From Zygnema circumcarinatum SAG 698-1b (taxonomy: Eukaryota > Plantae > Zygnematophyceae), in NCBI GenBank assembly GCA_037447605.1, contig CM074809.1, forward strand, positions 2,036,689-2,100,688: a DNA stretch of 64,000 nt, given 5' to 3'. The translations under genes were made by a program, and so were the position numbers. Under the pieces are notes generated by a model. The model had not been told where the DNA came from, ran no database searches, and saw only the letters and a list, made by a program, of their open reading frames with translations. This document shows, piece after piece, positions 49,901 through 62,779 of this stretch (the first letter of the stretch is position 1; every line of letters starts with the position of its first letter).

Positions 49901-52211
49901 GGTATACCCATTCAGGAGTCAACATAAGGTTCTTACAACCAGCTTTAGCCGCCGCTGGCAGTTTCTGCTTTATGGTTGTGTCTCGAAAATCAATTATCTT
50001 TGTGGCAGCTACTTATCTTGTCCACACTTCATAGAAATAGGTACCATAACTGCAGGTCAGTCTGTTGCTAGTAAGTGAGCATGATCTTTCGGCTTTGCAA
50101 AAGTCCATGTACGGCGGCAAACCGATATTGAATGGATACATAATGCATGCCTTATTGAATTTGTAGTAATGCTGTGTCAAGGCTAGCAGAATGATGTGAC
50201 TAGGACTGTTCGGGATGAAAGCTTGAGAATGTGTGACTTTTAATCGTGAACTTATGCTGGTCACATGTGGACAGCTGGAAATGGTACTCATGCTCGAGCA
50301 CCTTCAGGAGTTGCGAGACCTGCGCATTTCCAAGCTTCGGCGGCAAGGTGAAACTTTTACCCCTCCTTCCCTGCCGAATGTTGCTTCTCGACCTTCTTTT
50401 CGCTTCAACTGGTCATGCCTGCGTTCTTATGACAGAAGGAATTGTGTTTATGGTTGGGCATTACTGATCTTCGATGGGAACAGTCCAGAGGCCACTGATA
50501 GTCAAGTTGCAGATACATTGTCGCATCCCATGGATAATCAGCACTGCACGCAATAAATCCTTTTCAAAATGGAAGCTGATAACACAATTATGGAAAGTGA
50601 TTGTGCGGCTTGCTGTAGTGGCATTTTTTTTCCTTTGTTCGGGTTTGTCGCCTCCCGACAGAGGTGACTGCAGAGGCCCAGAGCTGGGTTGGGAAAGTGC
50701 AGATATGACTGCAGGGGGGATAGGAAAGGCAGTCATAATCCTTCCACCCTTCCCTTAAGAGCAAAGGAACGCTGATATTGGACTGCGCAGTGGATATGAT
50801 GTTTGAATCGTATCGTGGCCAATTGATGTTATTGCTTATTTGATATGCGTCATGCCAAACTTAACGAGATCCTAGGAGTTTGTTGCCAACACCTCAATGG
50901 GTGCGGAGGGATGGCGTTCAGGGCACTTACTGCCGGAAGAAGATGACAAATTCTTGGAGAGAGTGAAGGCAGCCGTGGAGGAGGAAGAGCGGCTGATTGC
51001 AACCAGTAAGACCGCAGCTGCCATAGCCAGCGCAGAAGAGGCAGCTAAGCAGGGGTCCTACCCAGAGCAAGGGCATGCCCAGTCTATGGATAGCGCAGCG
51101 CAAAAGAAAACCCAGTCTAGTGGGAACTTGGCGGATGACGACTCTAACTCGCAGCTGGATGGAGATGCTGGCGAAGACATTGCAAAGGGAGATGTTTTGA
51201 GACATGGGCATGCATCAATAGTGAAAAGCTCAGAAGGTTTAGGTGAAAGACGTATGGAAGGAGAGAAACGAAGTGACCATGAGAGGGGGGCTGCAAAGGA
51301 GCCGAGTAGGAGTGGAGTGGAAGAAATGCCCCATTTGAGTGCGGACGCATATGATTATTACTATGGAAGCCAGCGAAGCATGAGTCGTCTTGTGGAGGTG
51401 AGTGTTCGCAGTAGCCACGATTCTCTGTTGCAACGATCGATATAAGAGCATTCCGTTATCTCTCACTTTCTCTTTCCCCTTAGTCCTTGCATCATTCATT
51501 TGATCTTTCGGCAACTTTACACAGCTGATTTTGAGTCAGACAGGATGCCAACAGATTCACGTGTCATGTAAATGCTGTCACTGAATTGACAAAAGGTAGT
51601 ATGTGACGATCATGACCATTTGTGCATCAATTTTTCCCGCGTGTTTGTCATCGAATTTGAAACAGCTTTGTTCGCATGCTGTCCTGTCTCTCACATGTCT
51701 CCAGATTATTTTGTTTCACCCTCACGATGTTGTCCTCCTTGGAAGTCAAACATGGTTCTGTTTCTCTGCCTGCCAGGTGCGGCGCCACTGGGATGCCTTC
51801 ATCATGCAGGGAGGCAGGTGAGCACTGGCCATATAGAGTTCACTTTGTGAAATCGTTTGTCCCTTGAGGCAGAACTACAAGCAAGAAGGGCTGCTTTGCA
51901 TGGGTTGTTTGAATGGGTCTGTTTATCTCAGTACAGCACGCCAGTGATTTCTGCACTTCCCCTTCTCATTTACACCTACGAGCATCATCTCAAGCTTCCC
52001 TTTGATGACAATCAATAAACTCTTCTTGAAGTTCTCATGGCGCAAAGGTGTCGAGGTTGTGTGGCCACTTCTTAAGTGATGTCGTAATTTTGTTGACTCT
52101 GATTTCTTCTTCAGCTTTCCGTGTAATGTTTGCAGTCGAATCCCGGGTCATTGGGTGGAGCCCTCTCCGCCATCAGACCCTGTGTGGGCCTCGGTCTTGG
52201 CACAGACCTGA
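46961..52211 (+). CDS. SNRNP59: U11/U12 snRNP 59-kDa protein (PDCD7-like; minor spliceosome), 8 exons
   Basis: Exons 46961-47910, 48284-48815, 49548-49631, 49759-49824, 50275-50347, 50922-51397, 51777-51817 and 52136-52211; all introns are GT-AG and the junctions join in frame. Motifs recognised from plant 59K proteins: NRKWRKKKRQR, ADEWRAQE, LQELRDLRI.KL..QGH.LPEEDDKFLERV, RRHWDAF..GGSRIPGHWV.P. Confidence 0.85.
47933..47941 (+). promoter_or_regulatory. Perfect U12-type 5' splice-site motif GTATCCTTT in intron 1 of the 59K gene
   Basis: Exact match to the RTATCCTTT consensus, 22 nt downstream of the U2-type donor GTATGT at 47911. Function is inferred. Confidence 0.55.
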
Positions 52212-52514
52212 GATGATGAAGCAAAGCGGAGCACCACGTCATGCAGCGATAGGAATACAAGTTTCACCCACAGTGGGGAACTGCGTGACAGTCCCCAACA
52301 GTTTCTTTTGTTCATATAGCATGCCTCATTTTCCCGTTTACGAGGTTGGTGAAACGGCACATGCATCATTGTGATAATTGAGGGTAAAACTTTAGGTCGA
52401 GGCTTTGCATCTTTAAAAGGAAGCTGAAATTTGGCGGTCTTCTGTCCCACTGCCCCCTTACTGCGTCTCACCTTGTCCACTACTCTCACCCACAGGATCC
52501 TTGATCCACATGTC

Positions 52515-52566
52515 ATCCACATCCACATCCACATCCACATCCACATCCACATCCACATCCACATCC
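52515..52566. repeat. (ATCCAC)n hexanucleotide microsatellite
   Basis: About 8 perfect units between the convergent 59K and exonuclease genes. Confidence 0.95.
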
Positions 52567-53103
52567 ATCCATCCTTGAAATTGATCCACATGTTTAGAGT
52601 GAGCCCAGTGCTGCATATGGTACAATGTCTTGGCACATGAGTTCCGGCACGTTGCCATCAACTCTACTAAGGACTGGCTAGAGGTTCTGGCACGGCTCAA
52701 TGCCCAGACCCGGACTCAACGTTATTGGCGAAACTCCTTATTCTAGTCTACCTACTGGAACTGCGACGGACAAGACTATGATACATAAATACAGTACAGA
52801 AACCTCTTGTCAGGCTAATCACTTCGACCTTCCAGCCGGGCACTACACCGAGCTCTGCTTTGCTGAATACTTCAAACATTTGAAACATGAAACGTAAGAA
52901 ATCCCACAACCGGTTGGTATGCCCCCTAAAGCATACCGTGGTTCACGAACAGATTTGGGAAACCCATAGTCAAACAGGTTCAGGGGAAGGCCTGTTCAGA
53001 CCATGTTTTCGTCGTTCACCAAGCGGTGTTCATATGTACACAACTGACTCCTACAAAAGGAGGGCTTCCGATGAATTCAACTCTCCTTGCCGCCGTTTCC
53101 ACA

Positions 53104-56100
53104 TCAAGCCCAACGCAGGGGAGGTCTGTCAAATGCACGATAAAGTTTTTCACATAGCCATGCGTCCTGGGCTGCATACTTCACTTGCTGAGGAGAAAGG
53201 TATTCCAATGCCCAATTACTCATAGTTACTGCCCTCGACTTTTCCGCGTCATGTCCAAAAATGTGCTTTACAAGGGCCTGCGCTCAGAAACGTAACAGAA
53301 AGCGAAAGAAAATGAAGTTGGATCATACGACTCCAGGAATTAGAAAGCACGAGGCAAACGACAACAAGACAGTTTTCCCAGCAAAAAGCAATGTAAGTAT
53401 ACTCGAGAGGAACAGAGCTTTTGCTTAGTGAGTACCGAAACATTGCTGCAATGAGATTGTAAAGATAACACGCAGTTACAGTTGACTGCAAACGCGATAC
53501 ACAACTTTTGAACCTATATGAGCAAAACTGATAGATACAATGTCAATGGACAAGGTACTTAGCTGGAAAGGGCCTGGGCCACGCAACACACCTACGTGGG
53601 AACCTTCAGCAATGGAGACGACAAGTGGCATTGCTCCCATAAAGAATATGCACATTCGTCAGCCAATTGTATGAAAATTCTACTCAAAAGTCAGAGCACG
53701 CATACCTTCAGGCTCGTTTGGAGGCCAAGGTCGATGACCTTCACTCTTGCCAGTGCACTTAAATCACACAGTCCCTCGCACATCCACCCGTAGTCATCCT
53801 CGATTTTCTACAATTGTCAAAAAAACAAATACCCTTAAAACAAAAGGAAAGAATCACGGAAAAAAAAAAGAGAGGAGGGGGAAAACAGCAACAAGGAAGG
53901 AGTTTACTATCATACCAAAGAATACTGTCAGCCAACATTTCCACGAGAGTCAATTTGCCATAATGACAGAAACGGAAATAATGTAGGAAAGGAGCCGTTC
54001 GCAGAGCAGCACTGAACGAAACATAGACTAATTGAGTTCACTTGGAAAAAAATTGTAGGACATGGGGGAGCTGCGTTCTCAGACTTGCATGAGACATTAC
54101 CACCAGAGTGTGTGATGCAAAATAGGTGGTATGAAAAAAGAATGACTGATACCCTGCTTTTTTTTATTCTAGGACAGCCTTCCTGGCTTGATACTACAGA
54201 TCACTGTTGAGGTGTTGATAAAGAAGAGGCATGGGCCCCTTGTTATCCAGCGTGGGTTAACAAACAGTGACAACATCATGGCGTGATCGAACCAGCACGT
54301 ATGTTAATATCAGCTTATGATGCACTTTGTAGCTGTCAGATACCACCGGCGAATTCTCAAAAAAAGCCAAGATTGTGCTCTCACCCTGGCATCCTGCTTG
54401 ATGCCCACTCCTGCGAGAGTTACATAAGGAGACACAAGCAAGTCCTTCAGCGTCTGCATCCACAAATAGAAAATAGGTAAGCAGCAACTTACTGGTAAGT
54501 CTGAGTGCTTCATACAAAGGCAAAATCATTAAGAAAAAGTGAGGAAAGGAAGCCTGTCAGAGAGTCAGTCATGCACGGATCAAGCGGTACTTGCCAGGTG
54601 CAACTCTGCAATAGCTTACTAATGTAGAAAGATATTGGCGCGGGTGGAAAAGCCAATTATCGCTTTATCGAGCCATCTTGAACCTCGCTGCTGCTGCTGC
54701 AAACTAAGACGGACTCTCTAGGGCAACTCATTCTACTACTCTGTGATTGCAATAGCCATACACAATATTGACATGGCAGGAAAGAAAGAAACGAAACGAA
54801 TGTGATCATTGAGATGAAGAACATCCGTTAACTCAAGTAAGACCTTCCAATTTGAAAGTAAACGAGACATGAAGTCGACACATGGCTAAGTGTTGGCGTG
54901 CATTCAGATGACGGTTTTGTCGACATACCCGGTGGACTAGCAATTCAATGCATGCGCGTATTGCCTCAAACACAATGACCAGAGCCATGAATTAGGCCAA
55001 TCATAAGCTCCGGTTCCAGTTTGCTTAAATTCCGGGAGAATAGCTGCAAAATGGCCTGTCCATACCTTTGGAAAGTGATCCAGGTACAGCAGTTGCACTA
55101 CAAGGCACGCCACTTCTGTTGCTAGCTGTAGCAGTGCCACAGGGTTCACTTGTCCCTTCCTGAAATTTGGCTCCCATTCCAAGTCCATCCCGTAGACTGC
55201 TGAAGGATGTTGAAGCAGCCAGTTCTCTATCACTCTTGCTTCATTTGTCAGGGTGATTTCCACCATGAACAATTGATTGGCTCTAAGTTCTACATTCTGA
55301 AGGTGGGTGTTGGGTCTGTGGGAGTTAGTCTGAACAACTGAAACTGGGAACTGAACGCTGTCTACTCTAGGTTGGTAAAATGTGTATGGTGTGTGATCGG
55401 TAGCCTGGATCGAAGACTCGGCGACTGCCTGTGTGGAGCAATCACGTTTGATGTGACCGAATCCATTGCAATTGTAGCAGCGAACCCGTCGGCATTGACT
55501 ACCAGAATGTCCTGCATACCCCTTCCGCACATCGCTAAGTAAATCAGTAAGTTTGAACAACTCATAACCTTCGTCCAGACGAAACAGACCTATCCACTGT
55601 AGCACGTTTTTAGGGCTCTTAGGGATGCTAAAAAAAGACCTGCCGGAAACCATACGAGTCTATTGCTCAAACAAAGGGAGGTTTGTTCCCTTTGCAAACA
55701 CTCCACAAAGCGCCAGATTTAGGCTAACTCTGAAAATCTTGTCCAGAATGACGTAAGCTTTGTAAGCGATCATGTGCATGAGACATGCACATGAGTGAAA
55801 CGTATGTCTCAGTGCGAATAACTCGAGATGCAGAGAAGGAACGGAAAGCGGACAATGGACTAATACTGCCATTATAAAAAAAAAACAACTTCCGACGATG
55901 ACGAAATAAATCCAGCTGAGGGAGGAGCAAATACTTGTCAAAATCTACAGCCTACATTGCAGACAGCAACTAATCATCATCATTTTTTGCGGCCTACATG
56001 TCTTTTCATTCGCAAATGTATGTTGTCTAAGCATGAACAGAGACACTCATTCACTGCAAGGCATGAAAACAATTGACACGCTCTAGATAAGATCCTGCCT

Positions 56101-56411
56101 TAACTACGTCGCTTTCCAATCCGGCCGGTGCACCCTTCAGTCCAAATGTCAGTCAGGTCCGGATGTAATATTCACATTCTACGAGCCATCTGCAAGTTTT
56201 GCAATGTCGAGTTTTTCCAGACATGACTTCGCCTTGAACTAATGAAAAATCCGTGCCATTCCCATGCTTTCCTGCTCGCATCAGTCCATCCAGCCTCTCG
56301 TACACATCCGCAATGCATCGCTTCACCACCAAGATCCACCTTCAGAACCGTCCCGCGGTGTGGCTCCATGTCGCACTACGTACCACTCTGGCGGCAGACG
56401 TTGCACCACAT
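53104..56411 (-). CDS. Two CCHC zinc knuckles fused to a WRN-type DEDDy 3'-5' exonuclease (~272 aa), 5 exons
   Basis: Exons 56411-56384, 55511-55066, 54453-54385, 53807-53706 and 53277-53104 splice in frame. Knuckles CNVCRQSGHSGSQC and CYNCNGFGHIKRDC. ExoI GMDLEW, ExoII GVGIKQD, ExoIII SNW...YAAQDA. Confidence 0.85.
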
Positions 56412-56830
56412 GCTGCCGCCGGAGAAGCCGCCAGCCGGCGCAGTGAGGTGCAGGTGCAGGTGCTGCCTGCCCTCAATTCTATGGCAGACGGCTCAACATC
56501 AACAACACTGGAACGCTTCAGGGAGGCGAGGGAGGCGACGCAGCGCCAGGACTGTTTGCACCCAGAATCAGTCGAGAAATTATTTTCGAGATTGCCAAGA
56601 TAAGTAAACATTTGAGGTCAGCCCGGGAGAAACTTTGGCAAATGACGGGCAGCAGAAAGGATCGCCGCGCTTGCTTGGTTGCGGTCGGACTCCTCCGGGC
56701 AGGAGAAGAAGTTTTCAATCAGAAATCGGGCAGCCAAGAACACGAGCTGAAATTTCAGTGCCGTAAAATAAATTTACATATCCTATTATCCTGCAAGCTT
56801 CGTGCTTCAAAAAGTGGCTTGCTGCAAATA

Positions 56831-57325
56831 GGGGGAGTCAGACCTTGACCATCGCCCGCGGAATTGACAGATTCCGCCGGCGGAAAGGTATTGATTTCGA
56901 TTGCAGAATTCGGATCGGAAACCGCGGCTCCCTCCGAACCTGTCTGTCCCGTCCGTACTTCGAAATAGGTTACAAAAATGAGATACAGGCTCGGCGCCCG
57001 AGCCTGTCGAACGTCCACTTTTGGCGGAAAAGGCCCGACTCCCCCTATTTAGGGGGAGTCAGACGACCAGCGCCAAACCAATTCCGCGAGCCCGTCGGGC
57101 CAATTCCGCGTTGTACGGCAGGCCTTTTCCGCCAAAAGTGGACGTTCGACAGGCTCGGGCGCCGAGCCTGTATCTCATTTTTGTAACCTATTTCAAAGTA
57201 CGGACGGGACAGACAGGTTCGGGGGGAGCCGCGGTTTCCGACCCGAATTCTGCAATCGAAATCAATACCTTTCCGCCGGCGGAATCTTTCAATTCCGCGG
57301 GCGATGGTCAAGGTCTGACTCCCCC
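56831..57325. mobile_element. Inverted dimer of a short GGGGGAGTC-ended MITE forming a long palindrome
   Basis: Copy A at 56831-57045 and copy B at 57052-57325. Arms 56831-57035 and 57121-57325 are near-perfect reverse complements. All four ends are flanked by TA. Confidence 0.75.
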
Positions 57326-57746
57326 TAATAGTGGCTTGCTGCAAATTTTCGCGTCCGCAGAAGGAAGGGCGCGAGCGACCTTCAAAATGACTTCCCGCTA
57401 AAATTCAGCGATCCCCAAGAGTAAAAAGAAATAACGTCATGCTGCCACGGCTGAGTAATCAGCAATAAGGTCTGCCTATAAGCTTAGTTGCTTTGCTTGT
57501 TCCATGTAAAGCAACTCTGTGCGCGTGCTGCGCCGCACATCGGCGACCTTCGCGGCTGCTTCTAGTGCCGTGTTGTCGAGCCTAGAAGTAGCTTTCCGTT
57601 TTGAGGCTTTCTCTTTGTCCTTATGTCCATTGTGACCGCTTCCTCTGTTTCCCTATGTCCATTTTATCCATGTACATTTGATGGCCTTGCCATCGTGAGT
57701 TCAATCAAACATCATTCCCCTCCATGTAAAACTTGCCTCAAATAAG

Positions 57747-58160
57747 GGAAAAATATATACCGCCCCCCCCTTTTTTTTGGTTATCCCGCCACTGTTTTTT
57801 TGAAATCCGACCCTTCCATTTCGGCTATTCTGCCCCCTGTTTTGAAATATCCCGCCCCCCCCCATTTTGGATATTCCCCCCCTTTTTCTCCTTCTCACAC
57901 ATCAGCGCAACGTTCGTTCGAGAGAGAGAGGAAAGGAGAGTCTCTCTCCTTTGCTCTCTCCTTTGCTCTCTCCTCTAGTCTCTCTCTCCTTTGCTCTCAC
58001 TCTACTCACTCTCTCTCTCTCCTTTGCTCTCTCCTCTGCTCATTCTCTCTCTCCTTTGCTCTCTCCTTTGCTCTCTCCTCTAGTCTCTCTCTCCTCTACT
58101 CTCACTCCTCTGCCCTTTCTCTCTCCTCTATACTCTCTCTCCTCGGCTCTCGCTCCTTTG

Positions 58161-58191
<31 letters not shown>

Positions 58192-58334
58192 TTCTCTCTC
58201 TCTCTCTTTCTCCCTTTCCCTCTCCTCTGCTCTCTCTCCTCTAGTCTTTCTCTCCTCTACTCTCTCTCCTTTGCTCTCACTCCTCTGCTCGAGAGAGAGT
58301 AGGGGAGAGAAAGACTAGAGGAGAGAGAGCAGAG

Positions 58335-58384
<50 letters not shown>

Positions 58385-58707
58385 AGAGAGAGCAAGCTAT
58401 CAAGCCAACCATTACATCATGACAGACCTTCACACCCACCAAAAGAAAAAGGATAAAAAGAGAATAAAAAGTTCCTAAATATAGAAAAACTCGCAAACCG
58501 AGAGGAAGAANNNNNNNNNNGGGGAGGGCAAGGGAGGGGAGGGGCTAGGACGGGAGGGGCGGGAAAGAAATATTCAAAACAGGGGGGCGATCTCCTCCCG
58601 AAATATCCAAAATGGGGGAGGGGGGCAGAATAGCCGAAATGGGAGGGTCGGATTTCAAAAAAACAGTGGCGGGATAACCAAAAAAGGGGGGCGGTATATA
58701 GTTCTCC
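57747..58707. mobile_element. Non-autonomous Mutator-like/foldback element
   Basis: Long TIRs GGAAAAATATATACCGCCCC...TTGGTTATCCCGCCACTG and their inverse; 8-bp TSD CAAATAAG at 57739-57746 and 58708-58715; CT/GA-rich interior; no transposase. Confidence 0.75.
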
Positions 58708-60633
58708 CAAATAAGTTATTAAATGCATCGACCTTCTTCCTCCACCGTCCGATCAGCGCCCCGATCGAATCTGACCGTCGATATTCCAGATCCTGACCGT
58801 ACCGTACCGTCAGCCAGCCGGCCGGCCGGCCTGCCGACAACGGCCACTATCCTTCTGTTTTCTGTTTTCTGTTTTACGGGTACGGTGCACGTGGCTATTG
58901 ACATCCATGTGCGCCTCCTAACGGCTCCGTTAGCCGTTGAACTTCCGCCGAAACTGCGCACATGAAGCCGCCTCCGAGCGTGGCCGTGGCGGCCCGATGG
59001 CCCCGCGGTCAACTCCGACTTTTGGGCGGCCCCTGTAAGGCGGCTGCCAATCACAATTTGACACGTGTGCAATGTTGTTGACGTAGCAGGTTCTGATTGG
59101 TTGAGTCTAAACGCACGAAGCTGAATGGTTTTCCCGCCCGTCGCTCCGCTTTGTCACTTCGCCCTCCGCTTCTGCTTGTTGCAGGGAGGGAGGCGGCCCT
59201 GCCCGCCCCCCCTGCCGCTGCTCGGCCGGCCTGGCCATAGCGACGCTCTTGCAGCACGCGCTCACCTGCTGATACCTCCGTGCCGCGGGAATGTTTCTCA
59301 AGGTGGCTGCAGCGCCGGGGGGAGCGATTCTCGCTGTCTCGTGTGGCCGCACGGAGGGATTGTTTGCGTTTGCGTTGGCAAGGAGCTCTGGCAACATGAG
59401 GAGCTACTCGCACGTCCGACGGTCGATCATCTTCCATTTAAAAGGCGACAGGAAGCGGTCAGTCTCGCTGGGACTGCCTGCTGTCTCAAGCCGCTCGTGC
59501 AGGGCAGACATGTTTCCTTTCGCATTTGGTATGTTTGTCGTACATGCGGAAATGAGGAGGTTTATGCTCCCAGCACAGGCTTTCTGTTGGAAAATCCGCG
59601 GGCTTTCTCTTCCAAACTACGGGCGGTTACTTGGGATATCCAGATGTTTTACTTGAATAAAATCCTCTACACTAAGGTTCAACTCGAGTTCGCTCCAGTC
59701 AGCGTTTGAATCTTATCTTTAATGCCCATGCCCATCGAGCCCACCTTGGTGATAGAAGTCACTGTCAATTCTGTTATAATGCGGATGATCTATGGCCCTC
59801 TCTACCGCCTCTTATTTATGCTTGCAAATAAACCTTTGCTTACAAGGAAGACTGAATAAACCGAAGGTACCGCGTGCCAAAGCCCCCAAAGCTCTTTTCT
59901 GAATTGTGAACATTTTGCGAACGTGCAACGTTCTTGTAATTGTCACCGTCTCTCTTTTTCGAAGGAAGGCTTAATATTGCAAGACGGGGCAATTAAAAAA
60001 GCCGCAAGTGAAGCTATTTATGAAATGTTTCGGAAATTCTTGATAGAAATTAAACGCTTCTATTGCCAATCGTATCTGCAGCAAAATAGTGTTTACTTTT
60101 TTGGATCCTTTTTGCCTGCATGTGCTTTTGACGTAAAATTCTCTTATGCCCAGCTCAACACAGATTCTTTTGCGTGTTTCAAAGACCGGACGGATGAGAT
60201 CGTTATTTTTTTTAAGCGGTGCTAGCGCTAGACTGTTGCCTACGGATGTATTGGCGAATGAGTCAGTTAAGTAAGGACTTTACAGCATTGAGCTGACTTG
60301 GCAATGGGGATATTTTGCAGAGCCCTTTGCTGCAGTTCACAGGCGGGGCAACGAGCAACTAGCTTATCTTCAGCAGAACGAGCACCCTCTCCTCCACAAA
60401 GCACCAACACAACTGTGAACCTTTCTTCAGAACCTTCTGGTGCGGGCAAAACTATAGCTAACCGGCATATTCACATCATAATACTTGTTATTGAATCCAT
60501 GAGAGTACATAGCAAGTCATTGTTTTCTGTAAAGTAAAATCAGCACAAATTGGATGATGCAGTCAGCAAGCGCACGGAACTCTAAAGCAATCACAGTGAA
60601 AGTGATGTTATTTGTGCATGTCCTGCCGACTCC

Positions 60634-62779
60634 ATGTGCTCCTTCCATCCTTTCCTGATTGTGTGCGATGATGTGGTTTATGATCCGGACGGAGCAGGTA
60701 GTGAGGCCCGTGTGGTTCGTGAAAATGAGCCTTCAAGGGATATGCAGCTGATGGCCGCACAGGCTGTGCTAACGAAGGAACTCAATGGTGGATTTACGGA
60801 CGTAGCTGTCGGGGGGGTGCGATTCAGCGAATGGGCAGTTCAGGAATTTCCTCTTCTTGGCGGTCTCCTCTCTGGACCACATCGCAAGGGCTGGGCAAGC
60901 TACAGCACGACAATTGAGCGCTACTCCAACCTCAATGTCAATGGTCGTGCAAGGCTGGTTCGAGGAGCCTATGCTTTTCTGCAGAAAGTGGCACCAAAGC
61001 CAGCTCCCACTCCACCTCTAAACGAGCATAGCTCAGGACAGCTGCAGACCAGTGTTCAAGGTGGCAAAAAACTGGAGAAACAATCGGCCCGCAGCTTGGC
61101 TCCAATTCCTTCATGGCAGAGAGGCACAGCAGACAGCAGCCTGAATTGTGGAGGAGGCGGGCCAAGCATGGGACACCAGGTCTTGAAGCCGGCCATAGGG
61201 AAGGAAGGAGCTCCCGTTTCTGTGTCGATAGAACAAGACGCAGGATTAGCAAGCTGGGTCTATGGACACCCAGGGAGCAATTTCCAGTTAGGGGCTTTAA
61301 AGCAGGTACCAACGAGAAGACCAGTTCAGGAAGGTATTAAGTATCAAATATCAATAGGAGGTAGTGCGACCATGGAATCGTCGTTTGTTGAACGCCTTGC
61401 GGAGGCCGAGGATGCTGGCGCGACTTCAATAAATCCCGACTTACATATAGCTTGTGCACAAATTTTGGATCCGCCACAGCCAAGTAGCAACTCGGTGAAT
61501 GTGCTCCGCCATGACAGAGACGACCAGAGCAGTTTTTATACACAGATGAGTATCAGGGGACATACCATAATCGATAAAGGCCTTGCAGATGGTGGACATC
61601 AATTGACTCCTTTGCGACATCATGTCACAGCAGAGTCTAGTCATATAGGGTCTATAAGTGATGGAGTGGGTATTGGGACTCTGTCAGCTGTTGGCCCCAT
61701 TCAAGTTAGTGCTAGCCCTCATTTATCGATTATGGTCGAAAGTGAGCGTTTGGCAGGTATTCACGGGGAAGCAGCAGCAAAGACCACTGTAGAAGCTATG
61801 GCCTCTAATCCAGGGGGGCAGTTGACTGACGATTGGTTCGCGCAAAGGAAATGGAGACTGACAGCAAGTGCTTTTAGCAATGCCTTGGGCTTCTGGGAAT
61901 CAGGGAGGATAGACCTCTGGGAAGAAAAGATTGGAAGGGGGGAAGGCTTTTCTGGCAATGAGGCCACATCGTGGGGAATTTCACATGAAGCACAAGCTGT
62001 GCAACTTTATTCTGCAATGACAAAGAATCGAGTGGAACATCGGAGTTTTCAGGTGGGCGAGCACATCTTACGCATCACTCACAACTCAGCTCCTTATTCT
62101 TACATATGTCTTCCTTAAACAACTTTCCAATTACACAGACACTCTTATTCACACGCAGCTTCTAATCTTAGAGAAGTTTGTTGTCCAGTCATAGGCCGCA
62201 TGTGATAAGTGCATTCGCACTCTCGTTCGTAGCGTGACTGCCAATCTCACGAGTCCTTCTGGATAAGTGGAGCAGGTTTACCGGGAGGGTGATGACGCCC
62301 ACTCGTGGCTTGGTGCTTCCCCTGATGGCCTTCTTGAGAGGGACGCCAAGGGGCAGAATTCTACAGCAGGAGTGTTGGAGGTGAAGTGTCCTCACAATAA
62401 AGGGCGCCCAGAGGTCGCGACGCCTTACCGACAGGTCCCTTACTATTATATGCCACAGGTGCAGGGCCTTCTGGAGATATTGGACCGTGAGTGGCTCGAC
62501 TTCTATGTGTGGACAATGAAAGGCAGCGTGGTGTTTAGAGTGGACAGAGACAGGGGTTACTGGAAGCTCATTTACGGCGTCCTAAGTGAGTATTGGTGGT
62601 CCCATGTGGTGCCTGCAAAACATGCCCTGCGGCAAAACAACCTTCAACGAGTGGAACTGCTGAAGCCGACCAAGGCTCATGCTTTAACAACTGTCATTAA
62701 GAAGGAGAGCCAGCGCCTCTCTGCAGAGTCTCCAGCCATATGGCGGGAAACTGGCGGCAGGTTCTTGGAATTGAGGTAA
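60634..62779 (+). CDS. YqaJ-like (lambda-exonuclease/PD-(D/E)XK family) protein; the 5' end probably lies further upstream (possible start at 59291)
   Basis: WFAQRKWRLTASAF, WGISHE, LGASPDG, EVKCP and YYMPQVQG motifs. Intron 62053-62275 is GT-AG, phase 0. Upstream exons were not resolved. Confidence 0.85.

Noticed and set aside
52148-52700. ORFs with WMWMWM, HIHIHI or DVDVDV runs
   Set aside because: Translations of the (ATCCAC)n microsatellite.
56778-56792. Tandem U12-donor-like ATATCCTATTATCCTG
   Set aside because: Imperfect, and it lies on the strand opposite the nearest gene and outside any intron model.
57800-58496. Long Leu/Ser-rich ORFs
   Set aside because: Translation of the CT microsatellite inside the MULE-like element.
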